A stretch of DNA of 64,000 nt from the human T2T-CHM13v2.0 reference genome, Homo sapiens, in the NCBI RefSeq assembly GCF_009914755.1, contig NC_060942.1. One strand, 5' to 3'. Of the stretch, positions 56,047 to 64,000 are shown piece after piece. Every line of letters begins with the position of its first letter. Position 1 is the first letter of the stretch. The notes under the pieces were generated by a model, which was not told where the DNA came from, ran no database searches, and saw only the letters and a list, made by a program, of their open reading frames with translations. The position numbers and the translations under genes are program-made.

Positions 56047-56603
56047 GAAACTCATTATAGTATTTACTTCGTAGAAATCAGTGGATCTGAAGTGAAAATA
56101 GATTGTTTACTTTTAGGTCCATACCTTATTTAAAATTTATTGCGTATACTAACAAAACTAAGTTTTAAAACTACATAAAGGAGGAAAAAACAAAAACGGC
56201 TGTTGTAAAACTATCACCTAGAAAAAAAATGAATACTGTCTGCATACAGCACAGACTGTGTAGGTTTTCAGGAGATTTCTTTTTTATCTATTATCTAAAT
56301 CCAAATTTCATAAATGTTGGTTAATTCCCTATAGTTCTTTCCCCACAGCCCTTGCCTACTTTGTTTATGATTTTGCATGTGGACAACTGGTTCCTATCAC
56401 TGACATTCATGTTTATTTTCTTCTGTTCAATTCCTAATGTATGCTGAGAATAGTCAGTTCCCGGGATTCTAAAAGGACTCTGAACAAGAGGCCACTGTCA
56501 CCCATGAACTAAATGAGGCCCAGAACCTACTTTTTTATAGAGAATGAACTAATGGATTTTATAGATGAATATTTGTAATCGATTTGATAACAGGGAACAC
56601 TAA

Positions 56604-56893
<290 letters not shown>

Positions 56894-57088
56894 AAGAATT
56901 ACATTCTTCTCATTGGTAGACCAGCATTTTCTTAATGTACCCAATTATTGGATATTTAACTTCAGTAAAAATGTTGTGTAAATTCTTTTTCTCTCTTGTT
57001 ATGTATGTACTGATATAATATCCCTGATTTTGTCCCTTGGTCCACAAAAAGAATGTTGACCAATCCCTGCTATAAAAGACACTTGTAA

Positions 57089-57377
57089 GTCCAGGCGTGG
57101 TGGCTCACACCTGTATTCCCAGCACTTTGGGAGGCCGAGGCGGGCGGATCACAAGGTCAGGAGATCGAGACCATCCTGGCTAACATGGTGATACCCCATC
57201 TCTACTAAAAATACAAATAATTAGCGGGGCGTGGTGGCGGGCGCCTGTAGTCCCAGCTACTTGGGAGGCTAAGGCAGGAGAATGGCATGAACCCGGGGAG
57301 GTGGAGCTTGCAGTGAGCTGAGATCGTGCCACTGCACTCCAGCCTGAGTGATAGAGTGAGACTCCTTCTCAAAAACA
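57089..57377 (+). mobile_element. AluY
   Basis: gagatcgagaccatcctggctaac, gaatggcatgaacccggg, ggagcttgcag; TSD aaaa(g/c)acacttg(t/c)aa. Confidence 0.93.
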
Positions 57378-58565
57378 AAAACACACTTGCAAAAAACCCA
57401 TCTTCTTTTTGAGTCAAAGGGTTCTCCTTTCCAAATCGCTTCTTCCCCTTACCATTCATCTTTGTACCCTGCCATACCTTCCCCATGATGTAACTAGCAC
57501 ATTCTCTAACAGAATAAAAGAATGAGTGTTTCTAAAAAATTAGGGGACACCAAGTTGATTATTTGATATTCTAGGAGGAATGGAGCAGAACAAAGAATAC
57601 AAATAATATTTTAAATAATCCTTTCTAATCAGTAGTCTTCTCTTCAGCTTCCAGATTTTTTGTTAACTTTCCACAAAAATTAATACCCCATAAACTCTTA
57701 TAAGGATATATAAAATGGCATCATCTCAGCCTTTATTTTAGACAAATAGCTGTTTCTACCATAACATTATTTCCTTGGTCAGCATTGACGTGGTTAATGA
57801 TCCAGATACCCTGTAATGTCAGCAGATCTTTTTTTTTTTTCAGAAATTACTTTGGAGTCAATGAAATGCAGCCCTAAAATCATGAACAACAAAGGACAAC
57901 AAGAGAAATAAATCAGAAATATCTAATCCCTCCTGTTTAATAGTAGGAACAAAATTAAGAAGGCAAGGGAATATTCTATCCTACACCCACAGCTAACATT
58001 GCACCATCTTTTAGTCCTACTGGTTACAGCCTGAATTTTCTTTCCATTAGTCATATCAACTAAAATTTAATTAAAATTTTGTTTAAAAGGCAAAGAGGAG
58101 AAAAGGTCTATAATTATATCTCGGCTGTCAGAGTTTCTCAACATACTCTTTTTCTAGTAATTGAAATATTTTAAAGGTATCCTTCATTCAGATATGTTAA
58201 GTTAGAACACCTGCTTTTTCTATGTTACTGTCTCTAAATTTCTTTTCAAATTTCTTTTGAACCAAAAAAATGCAGTTACCTTTTTACCTAAATGTTTCTC
58301 TATCACCATAAAAGTAAGCCAAGTGAGTCCCATATAACTAGTCGGTCCTGAATCAATATTCTATGAATGAACGAATATGCTCCACTAGATTCATTTCTCA
58401 CCAGTCAGGTGACTAGAAGAACGCTGGTCTTATGTGGCAGGAGTGCCTTGAGCTATGTTTTTAGTAGTAAACACTAATATTCCACTCATTTTTCTTCCAA
58501 CTAGTGTATCAGTATTTTCCTCTTCCCTGCTTCATGTTTAAATATGTGGATTTTTAGCTGCCACT

Positions 58566-59164
58566 ATGAATTTTCTATTCTTGGTAAAAAATTACCATAA
58601 ATTTAGCAGCTTAAAGAAGCACACATTTATTATCTTACAGTTTTTGTAGGTCAGAAATCCAATGCAGCATGGCTGGGTTTTCGGCTTAGCTTTACACTCA
58701 ACTAAAATCAAAGTGCTGGTTGGGTCTGTGATTCTCATGTTGGGATCAAGGTTCTCTTCTAAGTGCATTCATTGTGGGAAAGTGTTATTTTCTTGTGGTT
58801 GTAGGATTGGGGCCCCGTTTCCTTGCTGGCTGTCAGCTGGAGACTACCTTCAGTTCCTAGAGCCTCCCTTATTCTTTGCCTCATGGCCCCTGTGGGCTGC
58901 TCAGGGCATGGGTGTTTGTGGCTTCTTCCAGCCCAGCTAGAGTGTCCTCTCTGACTTCCCCATTTATGACTAGCCAGAGAAGTCTCCTTGCTTTTCAGTG
59001 ACTCACGTGTTTATATCAGGCCCACTCAGATGATATCCATATTTTAAGGTCAGCTAATTTGGGATCATAATATCATCTGCAAAATCCCTTCACTGCAGCC
59101 CCTGGATTCATGTTTGAATAACTAGGAGAAAGTATGTGACACCATGCACCAGGAATCAACCACA
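58566..59164 (-). mobile_element. MLT1E-like LTR
   Basis: aaattaccataaatttagcagcttaaa...catttattatcttacagtt...ccttgctggctgtcagctgg...catctgcaaaatcccttcac. Confidence 0.75.
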
Positions 59165-60929
59165 CTGCTCAAGAACATAGACTCTTGTATTTCTCAGATA
59201 ACGATGTATAAAATCTTGGATGTAAAAATAAAGTTTAAAGTCGGAAACACAGGCAAGAGAAATCGAACCAGAGAAAGATATGTATTTAAAAGAGAGGGAT
59301 CAGAGGATTCTCCCTAGTCAAAGAGCCAGCAGGAAAAGCAGGAATATTCACAGTTGGGGAAATAAACTGCAGATGACTAACCCTTGGAGCACAATTATCT
59401 ATGTTAGTGTTGTTGCAAATGTTTTTACTACATATTTTCATTCCTGATGTTGAATCATTCTAGACACTTGTTTAGAATAAAGGAAGGTGCATTGTGCTAG
59501 AATGCAATGTTCCCAAAAATTCCCTGTGGGAAAGTTGGTGGTGGCAGTGGAATATAAACAAACCTATTAAAGATGCCTATGTAATAGGACAATGGAAAAA
59601 CTGCTCCTCTCTGGCACCCTGGACCTATGGCAAAATTATTTCCCCTTAATCAGAGTAAACCTCTGGATGAGAAAAGCAATGATTTTAAAGTCCTGATGAT
59701 TATGATATGGGTTTAATTAAAGCTGCTTCTTCCCTTTAATGGTTTTTAAGATCTTAAAAATCAGGGTTTTGTTTCCTTGTTAGTAGACTTTTGTTTTAGA
59801 GAATGCCAGAAGCTTTGCTTAAACTGCTGCCACTGCATAACCTGTGAGCTAAGCCACACCTGTAGTCTCGTTTCCAGGCATCTGGATGTAACACACAGTG
59901 ACTTCCTTCCCTTTCTTCTGCTTCTGCATTAGACGTGAAAGCTGTGCCAACTAAGCACTTTTACTTTCACAGCTGAGGAAAAACCATCATCTTAAAATGC
60001 TCCTGTCAGTTGGGAAAGAGTGATGCATACAGAGGAATGCGTTTCAAGCTTCCCAACCCTATCTAACAGGTGCCAAGGCAAGATTCGATGACCTTCCCCT
60101 GGTGGCCTGCCAAGCCCTGTTTCTGGGAAACTGCCTGCTTGGCTTGGAGCCAGTCAGCAGAGCGATGAAGGGATGCCCAGAAGGGGTTCTCCCACTGCCT
60201 GGCTCCCAGGATCTCAGGACTCCAGCACACATTGTAAGAAAACAGAAGTCAGTCGGGAGGACAGGGATGGGAGAGCAGCTTCTCCCATGAAATCACACCT
60301 GAGATTCCATCTGAAAGTCACTCCTGATGTCACCTGGGTTCACTCCTCACTGAGGTTTTGTTAACATTCATTGTTATTAGCAATCACTCATTTATGTATT
60401 CACTCCATAAATAGAGACAGCACTTACTGCATGCCAAGCATTATTCTAGATCATGGGGAGAACAGTGTGAGTACAAAGTGGACCATTCAGAAATTCATCC
60501 CTATTTGCATATTCTCTTACTGAAACTTTACATAAATGCATATTTATTTTAGTGTACTTCTTCAGCAATAAAAATTTCATTTTCAATATATCACTCTCAC
60601 CTGTCGAAGAGTAAAGCAAAAGAGAGATAGAAGTTGGTAATAGAAAAGTGGAAGATTTATTCAGCGAATCCTTTTAAAAGAGAGGTTGCTTCCACAGGGT
60701 ACCAAGACTCATCAAGTTTCTCAAGTCATAAATCTGGGCATCATCTTTGACCTCTTATCTCAACCCAGATTGAATCAATCATAAAAATCTCATCAGTTAT
60801 GCTTTCACATATATCTCAAATCTATCCACATCTTTCTGTGCTGACTACAAATGCCTAGTCCAAAACATCTTTACCTGAATTACAATCTAAAATGGCTCCT
60901 AAAACTTCCTATCCCCTGAGCAATCCCAT

Positions 60930-61797
60930 GCATAATCCCCAGGACTGGGAATTTCGTGGAATTCACTCCTGTGATTAGATTATGTTACATTGCACAGTTG
61001 CAACAAACCTTAAAATAGGGGAATCACCTGGGTGGGCCTGAACTAATCACCTGAGCCCTTTAAAAGCAGAGAGTTAGCCAGGTGCAGTGGCTTATGCTTG
61101 TAATCCCAGCACTTTGGGAGGCCGAGGCGGGCGGATCACAAGGTCAGGAGATCGAGACAATCCTGGTGAACACTGGGAAACCCCGTCTCTACTAAAAATA
61201 CAAAAAATTAACCAGGCTTGGTGGTGGGCGCCAGTAGTCCCAGCTACTCAGGAGGCTGAGGCAGGAGAATGGCGTGAACCTGGGATGCGGAGCTTGCAGT
61301 GAGCCAAGATTGCACCACGGCACTCCTGGGCGACAGAGCGAGACTCCGTCTCAAAAAAAAATAAAAATAAATAAATAAATAAAAATAAAAGCAGAGAGTT
61401 TTATCTGGCAGCCGTAGAAGAGAAAATCAGACGTTTGAAGGGACAGATGAATTTGTCATGCCATTGCTGGCTTGAAGATGGAAAGTGCCACATGCTCAAT
61501 CACTAGATGTTGGGAGACAGCTGGCTGACAGCCAGCAAGGAATAGGGACCTCAGTCCTATGGTCACAAGGAACTGAACTGTGCTAACAAATGTCTTGAAA
61601 GTATTTTTTTTCCTCAGAGCTTCTAAAATAAAACTGAGTTCAGCCAACACCTTGATTTAATCTTGTGATACCCTGAGCAGGGAACCAGTCATGCCATACT
61701 TAACTCCTTAACTACAGAACTGTGAGTTAATAAGAGTCTTGTTTTAAGATTATGAGTTTGTGGTTATTTGCCACACAGTCATAAAGAACTATACACA
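60930..61797 (+). mobile_element. MLT1D/E-like LTR interrupted by AluY
   Basis: gggtgggcctgaactaatcac...gacagccagcaaggaatagggacctcagtcct...ctacagaactgtgagttaataa...tttgtggttatttg. Confidence 0.8.
61076..61386 (+). mobile_element. AluY-like
   Basis: Full dimer; perfect TSD aaaagcagagagtt at 61062-61075 and 61387-61400. Confidence 0.94.
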
Positions 61798-62218
61798 GTA
61801 AAGCATGGACCTGTGCTTTCTGCTATACACAGTAAAGCATGGACCTGCACTCCAGTGACATCTGTGAGAAAGAAGACTGCTCAGATATGTAAGAGCCACT
61901 GGGACATATACTTTGTATAAAATTCAAAGCAGGACTGAGACTGAATAACCCTGTAGGTTTAGAAGGGGAGTGGACACTTTGTTTTACACAACTGATGAAG
62001 TTCAGCGCTATTTACCGAAAACTTTTCCCTTATCAAGTTCCAAGTCCCTTATCATCATAGAGGGAGAAAAAGGAACCAAAGGCAGGATCTGGACAAGGAG
62101 CAGGATAACAAAGGTGGGAGAGAGAAGTCAAAAGTCAACCATTCTGAGTAATGACACCCCCAAAGCATCCTCCAAACACGGAGAAGCCACACAGGGAAAT
62201 AACATATGAGTATTTTCT

Positions 62219-62511
62219 TTTTGAGACAGAGTCTTACTCTGTCGCCCAGGCTGGAGTGCAGTGGCACGATCTCAGCTCACTGCAACCTCTGCCTCCCGGG
62301 TTCAAGCTGCATCAGCTTGATTCACCTGCATCAGCCTGAGTAGCTGGGACTACAGGCACTCGCCACCACACCTGACTAATCTTTTGTATTTTTAGTAGAG
62401 ACGGGGTTTCACCACGTTAGCCAGGATGGTCTTGATCTCCTGACCTCGTGATCTGCCCGCCTCAGCCTCCCAAAGTGCTGGGATTACAGGCATAAGCCAT
62501 CGTGCCTGGCC
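62219..62511 (-). mobile_element. AluSc-like
   Basis: ttagccaggatggtcttgatctcctgacctcgtg; TSD ca(t/c)atga(g/a)tattttct. Confidence 0.92.
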
Positions 62512-62544
62512 CACATGAATATTTTCTACCACAAAATGAATTCA

Positions 62545-63160
62545 ATCTCAAAGGGATATCTAAACCCAGATTAGATCTTGTCACTTCTCTGCTCAGATTC
62601 CTGCAGTGGCTCCCCACTTCCCTCATGGTAAAAGCATAGCCCTGACAATGGCCCAGTTGGCTCCACTGGATCAAGTCTTTTTTTGTTCTGCCCTCATCTC
62701 CTCCCACTCTCCTATCCGGTTACTCTGTTCCATCCACCATTGGCCTCCTTACTTCACTGGGAACATACCAGGCATGTGCCCGCATAGGGCCTTAGCACTG
62801 GCTGTTCCCTTCACCTGGAATTCTCTTCCTGTAGCGAACTCAATGGCGGACCTCCTCGTCTTTCTCAATTCTTTGCTCACTTGTCATCTTCTCAGTGAGC
62901 TCTCTACCTTGGCAACCCCATTTAACACTCCAGTTCCCCTATCCGCCTTGTCCTATTGTTTGTATTTTTCCTAAAGTATTTATTACATTCTAATATACGC
63001 TATGCTATGTAATTTACTTAGTTGTTATGTTTATTACACCTTCCCAACTTGAGTGTAGGCTTCTTTGGGCAAAGATCAGTGTATGTCTTGTGTACTGACA
63101 TATCCCCCATACCTGGAACATTATAAGTGTTCAAAAAATACTTACTGAATTAGTAAATCA
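62545..63160 (+). mobile_element. L2a 3' region
   Basis: tgtcacttctctgctcagattcctgcagtggctcccc...agggccttagcactggctgttcccttcacctggaa...taagtgttcaaaaaatacttactgaat. Confidence 0.82.
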
Positions 63161-63368
63161 ACATTTTGAGACTACTGGGGAGGAGCTCTTGAACAAGAAA
63201 ATGATGTCAAAGATAGTGTATGGTTCAGTACCTATTAATTTTAAATGAATAAAATACCACTGGTGGTCTACCTAGTGTGTTGACATTAAGTTGTATTTCA
63301 GAAATGAAAAATATTTATAGATATCTTCTGGGTTTACCCCAATGCTCAGTATCCATCCATTTTCACAC

Positions 63369-63759
63369 TGTATTAGTTCGTTTTCACACTGCTATAAAGA
63401 ACTTCCCTGAGACTGGGTAGTTTATAAAGGAAAGAGGTTTAACTGACTCGCCATTCCATGTGGCTGGGGAGGCCTCAGGAAACTTACAATCATGGCAGAA
63501 GGTGAAGGAGAAGCAAGTACCTTCTTCACAAGGCAGCAGGAGAGAGAAGAGAGCAAGAGAAGAACTACCAAACACTTATAAAACCATCAGCTCTCATGCG
63601 AACTCACTCACTATTATGAGAACAGCATGGGGGAAACTGCCCCCATGATCCAATCGCCTCCCTCACTTGGCACATAGGGATTACAGATCCCTCTCTCCAC
63701 ATGTGGGCATTACAATTCACGATGAGATTTGGGTGGGGACACAGAATCAAACCACATCA
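63369..63759 (-). mobile_element. THE1D-like MaLR solo LTR
   Basis: tgtattagttcgttttcacactgctataaaga...gatgagatttgggtggggacacagaatcaaaccacatca. Confidence 0.9.
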
Positions 63760-64000
63760 ACCCCTAAGTCTGTTTTCCTCTTAAGTGATCTGAACTTTGA
63801 CTTTTCTTGCCATAAGGCTTCTAAAAATCTTAACCCTCATCATTGTGTTAGTGAGGGAACTGCAGTAGCTTTAAGAAGCCTAGCTATTGAACCTATGACT
63901 AGAAGGCCATGTGACAAAACCCATTACAGAGAAAGCCCTATGGATTTGTGAGGTTTTACAGGGGCAGAAGGATCTCGCAGCAGATTGAGGTTTTCTTTTC

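Overview
Primate genomic DNA, almost certainly human (it carries AluYb8 and AluYa5 copies), lying inside the alpha-dystrobrevin gene DTNA on the + strand. Only two short coding exons are present: 41821-41888 (start ATG at 41822; MIEDSGKRGNTMAERRQLFAEM) and 51791-51871 ([27 protein letters not shown]). The rest is intron, densely filled with L1, Alu, MIR, L2, L3/CR1, MaLR LTRs, a truncated HERV-L and hAT DNA-transposon relics. Nearly all long ORFs in the track are L1 ORF2, HERV-L or Alu artefacts. I do not see a convincing new biological system. The most interesting signals are: (1) an MST (MaLR) fragment at 10279-13162 with the hallmarks of an L1-retroposed processed copy rather than a provirus, later hit by an L1PA; (2) a recursive-splice-site-like motif, (Y)nCAG|GTGAGT, 1.7 kb upstream of the first coding exon; (3) a start codon whose Kozak context depends on the upstream spliced exon, with a strong in-frame second ATG; (4) a HERV-L splitting a MER53 palindrome and deleted back to what may be 3 bp of its 3' LTR; (5) young, possibly polymorphic Alus, inverted Alu pairs and several micro template-switch scars. 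Repeat subfamily names come from recalled consensus features, not from a database search.
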